Source: Octopus vulgaris
Lineage: Eukaryota
DNA: 64,000 nt
Reading direction: 5' to 3'
Assembly (NCBI GenBank): GCA_951406725.2
Contig: OX597816.1
Location: 94,054,001-94,118,000 of the forward strand
The first letter of the stretch is position 1, and every line of letters begins with the position of its first letter. Below are positions 1 through 13,205 of this stretch, in pieces. Below the pieces are notes generated by a model that was given only the letters and a program-made list of their open reading frames with translations, ran no database searches and was not told where the DNA came from. A program made the position numbers and the translations under genes.

Positions 1-219
1 GCTTGACAACCGATGCTTGTGTGTTTACGTCCCCGTCACTTAGCGGTTCGGCAAAAGAGACCGGTAGAATAAGTACTGGGCTTACAAAGAGTAAGTCCCG
101 GGGTCGACTTGCTCGACTAAAGGTGGTGCTCCAGCATGGCCGCAGTCAAATGACTGAAACAAGTAAAAGAAAAAAAAGAAAAAGAAGAATATATATATAT
201 ATATATATATGGTTGGGAA

Positions 220-251
<32 letters not shown>

Positions 252-367
252 TTCCCAACCACATGGTTCCGGGTTCAGTCCCACTGCGTGGCACCTTAAG
301 CAAGTGTCTTGGGCCGTCCCAAGCCTTGAGAGAGGATTTGGTAGACAGAAACTGAAAGAAGCTTGTC

Positions 368-454
<87 letters not shown>

Positions 455-640
455 TGTGTTTACCACTCCACTCCCGCCATCGCATGACATCGATGCTGGT
501 GAGTTTGTGTCCCTGTAACTTGGCGGTTCGGCGAAGTTACCGATAGAATAAGTTCTGGGTTTGATTTCTTTGACTAAAATCCTTTAAGACGGTGCTCCAG
601 CATGGCTGCAGTCAAATGACTGAAGAAAGTAAACGAATAA
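1..640 (+). mobile_element. Two adjacent copies of the same SINE family
   Basis: 3' half at 1-170 and a near-complete copy at 251-640, separated by (TA)n. Confidence 0.8.
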
Positions 641-2199
641 AATTGAATGTATGTATGTATGTATGTATGTATGTATACGCACACGCACACTGTTAACAGG
701 AAGCTATAGTAAGACGACATTTGTCCATTGAATTTCAAACGAAGCGATCTCCTCAGTTACACACCAAATTCTCTTACATTTTTATTCTGTATATTTACTT
801 GACACTTTCTTGTTCTTTAATTTACTGTATAATAAAATGTGCGTATTATATATGAACGAATATTTTTCGGTCAAAATAAAGTACGCGCGCGCGCGCGCGT
901 GCGTGTGTGTGTGTGAAAGAGAGAGAGAGGTGTAACGTGTCTGTATTTGAAATATATGGATGTGTACATGTGAGCATAATTCGATTTGACTTTACCAGTT
1001 ACTGTCATTTCAGTGTTGAGAAATTGTTTTGTGTTCGTCTGTAGCAACAGGGCTCGTATATCTTCAATCGTAAGTTTCTTTGTTTGCATATGTCTGGGGC
1101 ACAAATTTATATTCGACAATTTCAAGTATCCCATCAACCAAGACTAAATTTTCTATTATCTCTTTAGACACTTTGGCGGCTATTATAAGACACCCCTAAT
1201 GTTTCAGTGTTTTCTCGAGAGAAATCCGATAGTGACGGGCAAGCATATAAAACTGAAGAAACGCCAGCTTTCTGTCAGTCATGGGACGGCTGCTTAGCAG
1301 TATATACAGTGTCCAGTTCAGTGGAGTTGTACAACTTATTTGCCCGTCGACTTGTCAACTTCCGACCTATCTTCAATCCTTATTCGGCCCGACTAGACGA
1401 TGCCCACAGAGTATATATAAAAGGCGTTGAAGCGAATAATACGTTCACGCTGGCTTCATTGAACAAACAAGCAAATTGATATCTTGTCTATCCCGGCAGT
1501 TTAATCAATTTTGTTTCGAAATTTAGAGCCTCGCGCCAAACTTAAGGTCGATCGGCTGCTACATTAAAAATAGTGGAGCCAGTCTTCACATACCAAAGTT
1601 TAGCTGTGTTCTATATTTCAGTTGTAATGATTCCAAATAATATGACAATTTGATTAGCAATTTTTTTTTAATATCCTGACACAGTAACTCACAAGATTTT
1701 ATAGCTTTCATAAAAATGAAATTATTATTCGCTGTTCTCTGAGGTCGGTAGAGAGCTAGAACTGTTAGTGCGTTGGACAAAATGCTGTGCAATAAGTATT
1801 TTTACGTTCTGAGTTCGTATTCCACCGAGGTCTACTTTGCTTTACATTCTTTCGAAGTTGAAAAAAAGAGTACCTGTCAAATTCGGAGATCAGTATATGG
1901 GACAAATCTATCGCCCATACTTCAGGTTACGAACAGTTATTTACAATTCTTACACTAAACAACTCTAAGGGTATTTTAGTCTCAACCCTCAGCGGTTAGT
2001 GTTCAAAGCCCAATATAAAGATCGTGTAACGACCTTAGTGTGAGTGTCTTCTCTCTTGTACTTTCGGGGTACAAGAAAGCAATCACTAGCCGTTGCTTTA
2101 ATAATCCAGAATTCTACCAGTCAGAAACAACAAGACGCAGACGTAAATAATATATATACTACTTTATTCTCTAATGTGGTAACAGTAACAATAAGTGGT

Positions 2200-2650
2200 T
2201 ATCTGGTATCCCTTTGGTTCTGGGCGCGCAAGGCTGAAAGTTAATCGATTGTAATATTTACAATGTTCAGCCGCTAAAAACAGAACGGGTTAAAGATGGC
2301 GTCCGGAGGAAGAAGATGATGTTGGTCTGCAACAATTTGGTTAAAGGCCTGTTGGTAAGGTGCTGCTAGAAACAAGTCCGGACGGAGAGAAAATATGCGT
2401 GACCGTCGCCTTCAGTCGCTGCTGTCTCAAGTCGCTGGCTGCTGCTGCTAGCGGTCAAACGTTCTACGACCCCCTTGCCCTGGCTAACTACCACGTAGGC
2501 AAAAGGGTCGTGCTTCCGGTGGTTCGCGAATGCGCGAGAGGGCCCTTCCTTTCTGTGCCTTGGTGAAGGCACTAACACTCGCACGCGCGAAATAGAAAAT
2601 GGACGGTGCGCGCGCGCGCACCGTTATAGGATCACTACAATCGTTTTGTA
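2200..2650. promoter_or_regulatory. CpG-rich island-like segment, candidate promoter
   Basis: GC/CpG-rich relative to the window; YY1-like AAGATGGCG near 2293; perfect 22-bp palindrome at 2603-2624; about 2.7 kb upstream of the first identified chordin-like exon. Confidence 0.4.
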
Positions 2651-3698
2651 CTTCGTTTCTCTAGCGAATCAATAATATATATCAACTAAAGCTCTCCTCT
2701 ATAACAAATTGAGTTTGTGATTGTTCTCAAAACAGAAGTAGAAGAATCGATAATGCATCGAATCAAATACTTTGCAGTATTTAAGTACATTCTTTTACGT
2801 TCTGGTAATCATGTAAGTCAATGCTATGTTTATGGTCGGGCCATTCGTAAATAAACCGGTATCCACAAGCCAGTCGCTGTGACGACTATAGAATCAATAA
2901 GTCGCGGCCTGTCCTTGCCCACCCTCCGTAGTTATGGGTCACCAAGAGAGTGTTATTCAATAGCTGCAAAAACTATTACTGCTTAAATCCTTTACAAGCT
3001 GATCTATGATATAACGTATGTCGACTGTATACAATATCGATATCCGTTCGGGCTACCAAATATGGTGGCTGGTATTTCCCACGCAGAATAGTAGCGAAAG
3101 CTTCCCCAGGATACAAGAAATGATGCTTTTATCAACACAATGGAATATTAAAATGGTGTTTGACAGAAGAGAAGCATATAACTCGTGACATTTTAGCTGG
3201 TAAAATACACCATCGACGTAGTTGTTCCCTGTAAAACCAGACTGCAAGAGTACGACAAAATTGCATATGCTCATTTGAAGTGTTAACACAACAGAACAGA
3301 AATGCATATACAGGAATTATGTTTCCGGGGTTTTTAATTACTACCTCTTACGTTTTGAGTTCAAATCTAGCTGGAATATTTTCTTTTCTCCATAGCGGTG
3401 TGATTAAGAGGTTTACATCATAGCAGCGTTGCTTAGAGGTCTAATCCAGTACGTGCCACCTTGCGTAGGTATTTTCTACTAACAAAATGGCTTTGTTTAT
3501 GTTATGTATCGCTATGTCCCATAACTTACCAGTTTGATAACTAAAAATGGATAAAGTAAGTATTAGATTGAAACAAATACTGTGGTTGATATTATCAAAC
3601 TAATCGCTTACGAACAGAGACTTAGTATGGCAGACGTTGAAATCCTTTACAATTCAACTCTTTTCATCCACTCTCTCTCTATTAATTTGATTCCTCTA

Positions 3699-4769
3699 GG
3701 GGAGACCGGGTCTAGTTGTTACACGGGTAAGTTGTTACAAGCCCATTGTTTCCAACTTCAATAAATAGGTGGCACTCGGGTCTCTACCTCGTGAAGGCCA
3801 ACTCCATAGCATCATGACTGCACATGTGTATTGCACTGGCAGGCTGTCACGATTTTTTACTCCAAAAGTGAAATTTTGCCACAAAGTTATTTTCTTAACT
3901 ACTAAAGCACAAGTGGTGTTACTGAAGTAGTTTGTGGCTCATTAGGAAGTGGTGGAAGTTGCCTTCGATACATGAAGGTGTGTCCTGGATGTCATGCATT
4001 GCTAGTGCTGTGTACGAGATAATCCCCAGAAATCCATGGTCGGGGCTAATTGTTACAGTGCATCAACTTACCCCAGACATGTAACAACTTACCCCATCTA
4101 TTTCAGTTTAACACACCTTGCCTAGAAATTACAAAAGGAAGACTACAAGGGGGGGATACCCCTCCTGATGTCATGGAAAGAGACGCTAGAAAAGTTGTGG
4201 GTGAAAAGAAATTAATACGGGATGTTGCCGTAAAACAGCGCATAGTGGATGAAATAAACGAACGGAAATCCAAACCAAAGGAGGCAACTGGTACAGAAAG
4301 GGCAACAAAGGGGAAGGGAAAGTCAACCAAAACAGGTAAAGGGAAAGGAAAGCAGCCTCGCAGCAAGCAAGTCGCCGATTGGAAATGCCTTGTCTGCTCA
4401 GATTAATATTCCAACTTCCTTCTAGGTGAAGAATAGGTGCAATGCATGATCTGTAAAGACTGGGCACACACTGACTGTACCGATGGACGACAGGACTTTC
4501 TGTGTGATCTGTGTGGTGAGAAGTTAATGGAGGACGATTCCGACTAGATGGCACATGTAACAATGGGGAAATTGGCTGATGAGGACACTCAGTATCACAG
4601 TTAGGATATGAAGTGGTTCAAAGTACAGTTAATTAATTAAAATTACACTTCCTAGATGCAAGAAGCAGGCGACGTATTCATTTTAAACTTGTTTGTTAAC
4701 ATAACTCCAAGTTATCGACAGTTGTAACAAAGTACCCCAGTAAGTGTCACAACGTACCCCGCATTTCTC
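3699..4769 (+). mobile_element. Pogo-like DNA transposon relic with C-terminal PHD finger
   Basis: Imperfect TIRs and repeated gggt(a)agttgttaca / tgtaacaa..tacccc motifs; Lys-rich stretch then WKCLVC...VQCMICKDWAHTDC...FLCDLC with two in-frame stops. Confidence 0.7.
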
Positions 4770-4779
4770 AAAAATTCAG

Positions 4780-5190
4780 GCTGCCGGAGCACTAATTCTA
4801 CAGAGAAAGCTATCATCTTCGTTGCCCACTTTAGATCCAACTTCTCACTGCGTGCACTTGGCATATCTCCTCCCGAATCTATCCCCTGCTAATCTATTAG
4901 GTACTCCACACATGACAAGTCCGAAAATTCCACCGATTGCTTCAGACCGAGGACACCTGCTCTGACAATGTCTCTTTCATTACCCTCAAATATTGTGCCC
5001 CACCAGCTAGTACAACTTATAGAACCAGACCCACTGGTAACCTATTCTCCAAAGTTACCATGCTGTGGGCTCCCGCCTTAGAGAAATTTGATGAAAGTAG
5101 TATTGTCACCCTCAACATTAGCAAAGCTTTTGACTGTGTTTAGCATACGAATCTCCAATCAAAACTTCCTTCTTATAGGCTCTATCCATT
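4780..5190 (+). mobile_element. Old LINE reverse-transcriptase fragment (CR1/Jockey group)
   Basis: RPTGNL...VTLNISKAFDCV*H...SKLPSY corresponds to LDISKAFDRVWH. Confidence 0.65.
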
Positions 5191-5306
5191 TATCGTGTGT
5201 GTGTGTGTGTGTGTTTGCGCGTGAGTGTGTGTTTGCGCGTGTGTGTGTGCGCGCGCACTCGTGTACGCAATATGTGTACTTTTAACGATGTCTGTTTTCT
5301 TTTTAG

Positions 5307-5416
5307 TTCCAGAAGTGTGTACATTGAATGATCAACAATACCCAATAGGAGCCACTTGGCACCCCGTACTTGCGCCCTTTGGAACCATGCCCTGTGCCAA
5401 CTGTACCTGTTTACCG
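5307..5416 (+). CDS. CHRDL: Chordin-like protein, first identified coding exon (VWC1 N-half)
   Basis: ttttag|TTCCAGAAG...TTACCG|gtaagt; phase 1->0; PEVCTLNDQQYPIGATWHPVLAPFGTMPCANCTCLP matches the chordin-type VWC motif C-x-WHP-x4-G-x3-C-x2-CxC. An upstream exon is required. Confidence 0.9.
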
Positions 5417-6946
5417 GTAAGTAGATTATTTTTTTCTTAACTTGCGTTGTGTCGTTCAACCAGCTGCCCGCATTCAACCTATGTTCATGCAGAATTCCAA
5501 TTTAGAGCTACCAGTTACAAATAAAGTCGCTGTCGTTTTCAGTTATCAAAAATAGAGGCGAACCTAACAAATATCTTTCACAATGGAACAGTTTGACTCA
5601 AAACTTGAGTAATTGATATGAGTAATACATTACAGTACAAATTCTAAACCCACTATATTAACTAGCTCCAGTAAACTAGTCCCATGGGCATGATTGAATA
5701 GAGTTTAAAGATAATGAAGAAATCAGTATTTAATCAATTTGAACCAATCTCTTAATAAAATTAATTTTAAAAGTATTACAAATAGAGAAATCTACTAGAA
5801 GAATCCTTTTTTCAGTTGAAGATCATTGCCATTCAACAGATAATTACGGAAACTAAATTTCAAGTATATCCTCTAAGAGTTCCGCCTTGTGTAACCCTTT
5901 CAAGAGTTTTAGGGTCCAATCAGTATAGCTCCCTAAGTCATAAAGGTATGCAAACTCATTCTCTACGATAAGATACCAATCTCCAGAGATAAGCTTGCAG
6001 TACTCGTAGCTGGTCGATTCAAACTAAATTTAAAAGTCGTACTTATTTTATCGACTCAGAATAACAGAAAGGATCAATTGTCTTTGATAAGATATCGACA
6101 TTGGGGTATGGTGCGTCCAACAAGAAATACAGTCCAGCACTCTGACCTCTTCGTCACCGCCACTGCTCTCTTGTATAGAAATATGATCCCAAACGGAGCA
6201 TTAGAAAGAAAATGAGAGGATTAAGCAAGAAATTAATATATTCCAGGGTAACATATTACCATGCAACACACTTATTAACCAACACATCAAATCACCATAA
6301 TGCAATTTATCTAACAACACCTGTTTAATCGGGCGTTGATAGATAAATCAATGAGAATAAACTGTGTAGTTAAGAAACTGTTAACCGGAATTCGCCTCCA
6401 CTTGCACGCCATCTTAAACAAGAGTCTACTACCATAGTTTCGGTTGACCAATACTTTGTGAGTGGAATTTGGAAAACGAAAACTGTGTTAGCCTGTTCGC
6501 TGTATGTGTGTGTGTGTGTGTGTGTGTGCGTGTGGCGGGTGGGGGTGGAGATGGGGGACGCAGACTTTCGGTAAAAGAACGATGTCTTTCGAAATGCAAT
6601 GAATCAGACGATTACTTCGCCGATTACAAGTGTCCGTTAGACTCTTGAATTCGACGATGATTTTGTTTCAAATAACGATATAAAATAAAATTAAATGCAT
6701 TTATCATTTGCCAACCAATTGCAGTATTTCATAGACTCTAAGAGTTGTTAATGTTCAGATGATTTTGATAATCGATAGAACAGTGATGTAGTAAGCAAAT
6801 AGTGTAAAGATTTTGTCTTGATAATATCGTAACGAAATTTACTGCCAATTCTGTGTAATGAAAATTTGATAGTGTGATGCTTACGCATCATCCTTTTCAG
6901 CATCATTTATTATTCATTTTACCTCTATATGTGTTGCACCCAACAG

Positions 6947-7046
6947 AAAGCAATTGTCCATTGCGTCCATTTGACATTGGACTGCCCTCAACCGAAGTGT
7001 GTTGCTCCTAAAATATTACCAAACCGCTGCTGTCCTGAATGTGAAG
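6947..7046 (+). CDS. CHRDL: Chordin-like exon (VWC1 C-half)
   Basis: caacag|AAAGCA...GAAG|gtaggt; phase 0->1; KAIVHCVHLTLDCPQPKCVAPKILPNRCCPECE ends in the CCPxC motif. Confidence 0.9.
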
Positions 7047-8746
7047 GTAGGTTTTCCGTTATTTCAAATTACCTTCTTCGTAATCATTAGTTCAATATCT
7101 TGGAGAATTTAGTGATAAGACAATGTCCACGACAAGGTCAACTAATAATTGATCTTACTTAATCGACTGATAACTTGTTTTGTAAAAACAAACTTATAGA
7201 ATTTAGAATATCATCATTTCATAGTCGTATTTCTTACGGCATGATATTCATTCAAGCTTTTTGCAGACGTTCTTTTAAGTAAATCGATATATAAAACTTC
7301 TGAGGAGTTATGACTAGATCAAGAGTTACTGCAAGTGTTTCATTGTGTTTCAAAATAGAACACTTAATTCTATTTGTCTTCTCAGAAATATCGGCAATAG
7401 AAACCGGATTTTTTGGAGTAAGATAAAAAACGACAATTATTTAATATGGACACCTCTTACTGTACTTGTTTTCGTTATGAATAATGACTCAACTTTTCCC
7501 TGTATTAAGATAAATTGTGATATTTGTTAACTCGGGAATTTGTGTGAATATCTAGCTTTTATTTCTGATAAATGACAATTTCCATAAAGGTGACTACGTA
7601 TTCTTGCACGATCTTAGTTACTAGAAGAAAGATTGCCTACATACATGCAAATTGTAAGCTGATTATTTTCTTTTAAAGAAAACTTTCAAGATTTAAATCC
7701 CATGAAGAAACGTATATTTGTTCGTGTACCACTGACTAATTGTTTTAATTAGTGCAATAAGGCGATACTCTATATTTCAGGCATTTCAAGGTCAGAGTTA
7801 GCTACCAATGGCGTATGATCTTTAAGTGATTTCGCTCATTTGGAATGTCGTTGCGAAAAATTAAGTTTCACCAAAGTCTTATTAACAGTAAATTTAAGAT
7901 TTTGTGCTTAATTTTTTTTGTAATCATGTCAAATGTCATTGTTTTTCTTTAATTATAATACCAATGAACTTGAAAAGGCATGGGCCACTCATCTCTAAAC
8001 ATTCCTGTAGTTCATTTCAGAACCAAGCGCTTGTTTGGCTTTGTGCAGTGTTTTGTTATATGTATTTTCCCTCCAATTGCATCGAGAGTACTCAATGTAT
8101 TATGTAAACAGTAACTAGTGATCCTATTATTTTTTTAAGTCCTGGGGTTTGAGCAATATATTTCTTTAAATCTCTCATTTTTAAGGCACTTATTTATAGA
8201 AAACTACATTATGAATCAGAATGGGTTTGTTATTTCTTTATCAGACTATATCTATAGCTGATTCTATACTCTCGTTCATAGTAATCCATATTCTATCTAT
8301 ATTCCTCGCCTAAAACATTTGATTTCTTAAACTATTGATTCTGTATAGATTTCTATATAGCATAATCTTGTTAAAATTTGTAAGGATTGAAGACAAGCTT
8401 TGTATACAGAAGTGTTACTGCTCTTCGTAACGACTTTGCTTTCATTATTATTTTTTATTTATTTATTTTTGTAATTTACAGGCCATCTCTTTGTTTTTAC
8501 GCTCTCCCATTTAAGACAATTCCAACTCTAACATGCACCTATTGACTTTGGCATATAGTTGGGAGAGGATACGTGCTTTTCAGAGATAACTCGGGGATCT
8601 ATCGGGTTCCTTGATTGGCTTAGGGTGACTGTCTTCCTATTAGGACGCCTTATTTTGTTCCTTTTGTAAATTGTTTCTCATGTCAGTTTTCCACATTTGT
8701 TTTTTTTACTGTAATTTTCCCGCACCCCTGTTGAAAAAAAAGAAAA

Positions 8747-8797
<51 letters not shown>

Positions 8798-9023
8798 GTC
8801 ATCATAACCATCATCATCATCATTCTTCAAATTTTACAGTTCAGCTCTTGAAAAATCTTTTTGACTATAAATATAATTACATACATACAGATACACATAC
8901 ATATAAATATATATCTAATACTTATATAAAGTTAATCCAAACATGAAGACACAAATAGAAAACACAAGAACGCGAGGACGTGGAACAAGTATAGCATTAC
9001 TGGACGCTAAGGAAAGAAGGAGG

Positions 9024-9058
9024 GTTTAACGTTTCGAGCGGAGCTCTTCGTCAGAAAC
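9024..9058 (-). ncRNA. Minimal hammerhead motif in a Penelope-like terminal repeat fragment
   Basis: - strand GTTT-CTGACGA-A-GAGC(tcc)GCTC-GAAA-CG-TT^AAAC; loopless palindromic stem III (AACGTT). Confidence 0.6.
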
Positions 9059-9444
9059 ATAGGAAAAGGAAAGATCCAAAGAAGGGAAGACGGAGGTAAA
9101 AAAAATCGCCACACGCGGTCACATACTTATATACATATATACATGCGTGCATAGGTGTACATACATGACAAGAACGCGTTTTAAACGGCCTATCAATCGC
9201 TGTAAATCTTACAAAAATTACTTCGTTGTACTGCTTAAGTAGTGCGGGCGGGAAAAAACGGTCAACACGTTTCGTGTGTGTTTTATTTATCCTCAAAGAC
9301 ATTTTGCGAAAAATATACAAGAAACACAAGGAAGATGTGAAAATAGAAATAAAAAACAGTAAGAAGCATGGCTTTCAACATCAATTATCAGCTGAAGGGA
9401 ATATTCAGCATAGTATGTTTTAATATCAGTGTATATTTAAGCAT

Positions 9445-9827
9445 GTGAAGGCGCAATGGCCCAGTGATTAGGGCGGCGGACTCGCGGTCTTATGATCGTG
9501 GTTTCGATTCCCAAACCGGGCGTTGTGAGCGTTTATTGAGCGAAAACACCTAAAGCTCCACGAGGCTCCGGCAGGAGCTGGTGGTGAACCCTGCTGTACT
9601 CTTTCACCACAACTTTCTCTTAGTCTTTCTTCCTTTTTCTGTTGTACCTGTATTTCAAAAGGCCAGCCTTGTCACACTCTATGTTATGCTGAATCTCCTT
9701 GAGAACTACGTTAAGGGTACACGTGTCTGTGGAGTGCTCAGCCACTTGCATGTTAATTTCACGAGCAGGCTGTTCCGTTGATCGGATCAACTGCAACCCT
9801 CGTTGTCATAACCGACGAAGTGCCAAC
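9445..9827 (+). mobile_element. tRNA-derived SINE with 12-bp target-site duplication
   Basis: TSD atatttaagcat at 9433-9444 and 9828-9839; head gtgaaggcgcaatggcccagtgattagg...ggtttcgattccc. Confidence 0.85.
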
Positions 9828-10358
9828 ATATTTAAGCATACTATGATAGGCTATAACGAAGTTAATGTTTTCATAACAAGTCGAACCAATGATGACTGAT
9901 CTTCTATGTGCTAGAAACTGCAACAAATCTCCCTCAGTATCGCTAATATTGAAAACAATAAAGGTGGGGAGTGACATTGGATGATGGCTCAAACGCCATT
10001 GATCATAAGTCTGCTATATTAAGGGTTGCCTATGACTTAGCAAAAATAAGTATTGAACATGTGTAAAGGACAGTCGACTTATACACCAAATATATATCTG
10101 ACACGTATAATTCGTTTCCCAGTTTAACATCACAGTCTGGGTGTTGTGTGCCTTTAAGAGTTCCGCTCTGTGGCCAGATTTTGAACCAGGTTTCTGGCCA
10201 GGGAAATAATTCGCTTTTTTAGTTCACCAGTCCCAGGGATCCAGAATAAAGGTTAAGAGCACTGCCCTTCCTCTTTTGTAAAGTTAAAAATAGTTAACTT
10301 TATTTTTAAAACATGTTGTCAGTAGACTATTAAAAATGCGTAATAGTCATGTTTGAGA

Positions 10359-10391
<33 letters not shown>

Positions 10392-10869
10392 ACTCATACA
10401 CACATACACTCACTCACACACACATACACTCACACACGCACACACTCTCAGTTTCTCACTCCCTCTCTCTCTCCCTCTCTCTTTCTCACTCTCACTCACA
10501 CACGCACTCTCTCTCTCTATCTATCTATCTTTATATCTATCCATGATAGATGTACGCACACATAGGTGTACACATGCATAGGTGTACTCACACACACACA
10601 CACACACACACACGCAAACCCACCCACACAAATACGCACATGCACACACACACACACACACACACACACGCAATTCCATGCTCTTTTCTCCCTGTCACTG
10701 TACACGCCTTTATCTAGCGATGAAATGTCTCATTATTAATATTTTTCCCCAAAAAATGTGTTGCTTGTTTGCTTTGCATGTGCCCTGTTCGGGTGAAATC
10801 TCTGTCTACTCGTGTGGTGACACAGGCGCACTATTATTTACGTAGATTTTGACAACATTCCTCCTACAG

Positions 10870-11015
10870 TGCGGTCGGAGGGGGAGACGGAATCAAACAA
10901 GAAGACAGGATGTACGTTTTCTGGCCGGAACTATGAACATGGTGATATCTTTGCTTCCAACAAGACTGCACTGAAACCAACCAGAGAGAATCAATGTGTG
11001 ATGTGCATCTGTTCC
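10870..11015 (+). CDS. CHRDL: Chordin-like exon (VWC2 N-half)
   Basis: ctacag|TGCGG...TGTTCC|gtaagt; phase 1->0; GCTFSGRNYEHGDIFASNKTALKPTRENQCVMCICS resembles the second repeat of vertebrate CHRDL1/2 (YxHGxxF...NQCxxCxC). Confidence 0.9.
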
Positions 11016-11081
11016 GTAAGTAACTAATTAGTTTCTTTTTATAATCACTTTCTCCAACCCTGATCTGTGTATACTCTTTTA

Positions 11082-11297
11082 CCCTTTTACTTCTTTCAGT
11101 CATTTGACTGCGGCCATGCTGGAGCACCGCCTTTTAGTCGAGCAAATCGACCCCAGGACTTATTCTTTGTAAGCCTAGTACTTATTCTATCGGTCTCTTT
11201 TGCCGAACCGCTAAGTAACGGGGACGTAAACATACCAGCATCGGTTGTCAAGTGTTGTTGGGGGGACAAACACAAACACACAAACACGCACACACAT

Positions 11298-11367
<70 letters not shown>

Positions 11368-11530
11368 GACAGGCTTCTTTCAGTTTCCGTCTACCAAATT
11401 CACTCACAAGGCTTTGGTCGGTCCGAGGCTATAGTAGAAGACACATGCCCAAGGTACCACGCAGTGGGACTGAACCCGGAACCGTGTGGTTGGTAAGCAA
11501 GCTACTTACCACACAGCCACTCCTGCGCCT
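11082..11530 (-). mobile_element. Full-length tRNA-derived SINE with internal (TA)n/(TG)n
   Basis: Head ggcgcaggagtggctgtgtggtaag...ggttcagtccc (A/B-box-like). Same family at 1-170, 251-640, 28190-28580, 56900-57048 and 58740-58950. Confidence 0.85.
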
Positions 11531-11578
11531 ATGTATGTGTAAAAGTTCTTAAGTTTAAAACTATATAATGCATAAACC

Positions 11579-11621
<43 letters not shown>

Positions 11622-12076
11622 GAGTATGTGAGAATGCAGGTGCTAAATTGTAAATTCATTTGCTTTAAACTGTCAATTATTCCATGCACTCAGCGCAAAT
11701 GTCCATACGTGGATTCAGACCTCTCAGAAAGCCATACAATGGTTTTAATTCTGCCCAAAGAGTCTTAAGACGCTTAGCATTTGTTTCGTTTAAAGAAAAA
11801 TTTTAAGAGTCTTGAGAAAATCTTAGCATAAAAGGAATCAGACTTAGTGTATGAGAGAATTGACTCTGTTGGTAGGGAAATGGGTAAAAAACTGTGAAAG
11901 AATAAAGACCAAGAAAAGCAGAGGCAGAAATGGTAAAAGCTGATCTCAAGATGTTGAAGTTCACAAAGGAAATGGCAGACGAAAAAAAAACAGAAATAGA
12001 AGAAACAAATGAAGAGGCATTATCTAATTGATGAAAGCATGTGAAAGCAGATGTAGAAATGATGACGACGATTGGA

Positions 12077-12656
12077 GGATGAAAGGCAAAGTCAACCTTG
12101 GTGGAATTTAAACTCAGAATGTAGCAGCAGACAAAATACCGCTAAGCATTACACCTGACATACTAACGATTCTGCTTGCTCACTACTTTAGGTAATAAAA
12201 ATAATAATCCTTTCTACTATAGGCACAAGGCCTGGATTCTGTGGAGAGAGGGACAGTCGATCACACTGACCCCAGTACTCTACTGCTACTTAATTTATCG
12301 ATCCCCAAAAGGATGAAAGGTAAACTCAACCTCGGCAGAATTTAAACTCAGAACATAGCACCAGGCTAAATACTGCTAAGCATTTTGCCCAGCATGCTAA
12401 TGATTCTGCCAACTCACCACTTTAGGTAATAATAATAATAATCCTTTCTGCTATTGACCCAAGGCCTGAAATTTTAGGGGTGGAAACTAGTCAACCACAT
12501 CAACCCCAGCACTTGACTGGTACTCAATTTATTGACCCTAAAAAGATAAAAGGCAACGTCAACCTTGGCAGAATTTGAACTCAGAGCATAGTGGTAGACG
12601 CAATACCACTAAGTATTTCACCCAGTATGCTAACAATTCTACCAGCTCATTGCCTT
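12077..12656 (-). mobile_element. Three head-to-tail copies of a ~215-bp SINE with (ATT)n tail
   Basis: gatgaaaggcaaagtcaacct..gaatttgaactcaga..ctaagcatt..gattctgccagctc recurs three times; family also at ~34160-34350, 43573-43786, 44173-44392, 56470-56650 and 61615-61810. Confidence 0.85.
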
Positions 12657-13111
12657 AGGTAATATAATAATAATAATTCAAATTGTAATAATAGTAATGA
12701 TACTCTTTGATTAATGACAAAAGAAATTGTCAGTACGTTAAAAAATATATATATGCTGCTACTCTAAGATGCAATCTTTAATTGCCCTTATTCTTTTTGT
12801 TTATATTTTAACATCGTCTTTATGGTAATTAAATTAAATGATGTTGAGTGCTTCCTCGTTTATAATTATATTATTTCATGCATGTAGATTTCCTGCTTAC
12901 TTTTATATTATATTTTCAATGTTCAATAATTTATGTCATAGTCCCACATCTTGAAGAAATATATTATGCATAACTTCATGATCCTGAATGGTGGAACTTC
13001 GTAAGATAAGGTAAATAAAATATAATGATGCTATTAATAGTATGATGCTTGCTCAATAATATCTCTAAAAAAATGGTAAACTTAAAATACTCTTCTCTTT
13101 TTCTATTGTAG

Positions 13112-13205
13112 AAAGGAAGAATCTTGTGTCATTTGAAGACCTGCGAAGCAATCAAATGTAAGAAGACGCTAAACCTTAGTGATGAATGTTGTCCAATTTG
13201 TCCAG
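13112..13205 (+). CDS. CHRDL: Chordin-like exon (VWC2 C-half)
   Basis: ttgtag|AAAGGA...CCAG|gtaagg; phase 0->1; KGRILCHLKTCEAIKCKKTLNLSDECCPICP. Confidence 0.9.

Noticed and set aside
1207-1479. 90-aa ORF with natural-looking composition
   Set aside because: In-frame stop just after the nearby acceptor, GTG start and no recognisable domain.
8482-8531. Strong acceptor (tttacag) in a chordin-like intron
   Set aside because: In-frame stop after 16 codons and no supporting donor.
9445-9520. tRNA-like sequences with A/B boxes
   Set aside because: These are SINE heads continuing into SINE bodies with TSDs; no complete cloverleaf.
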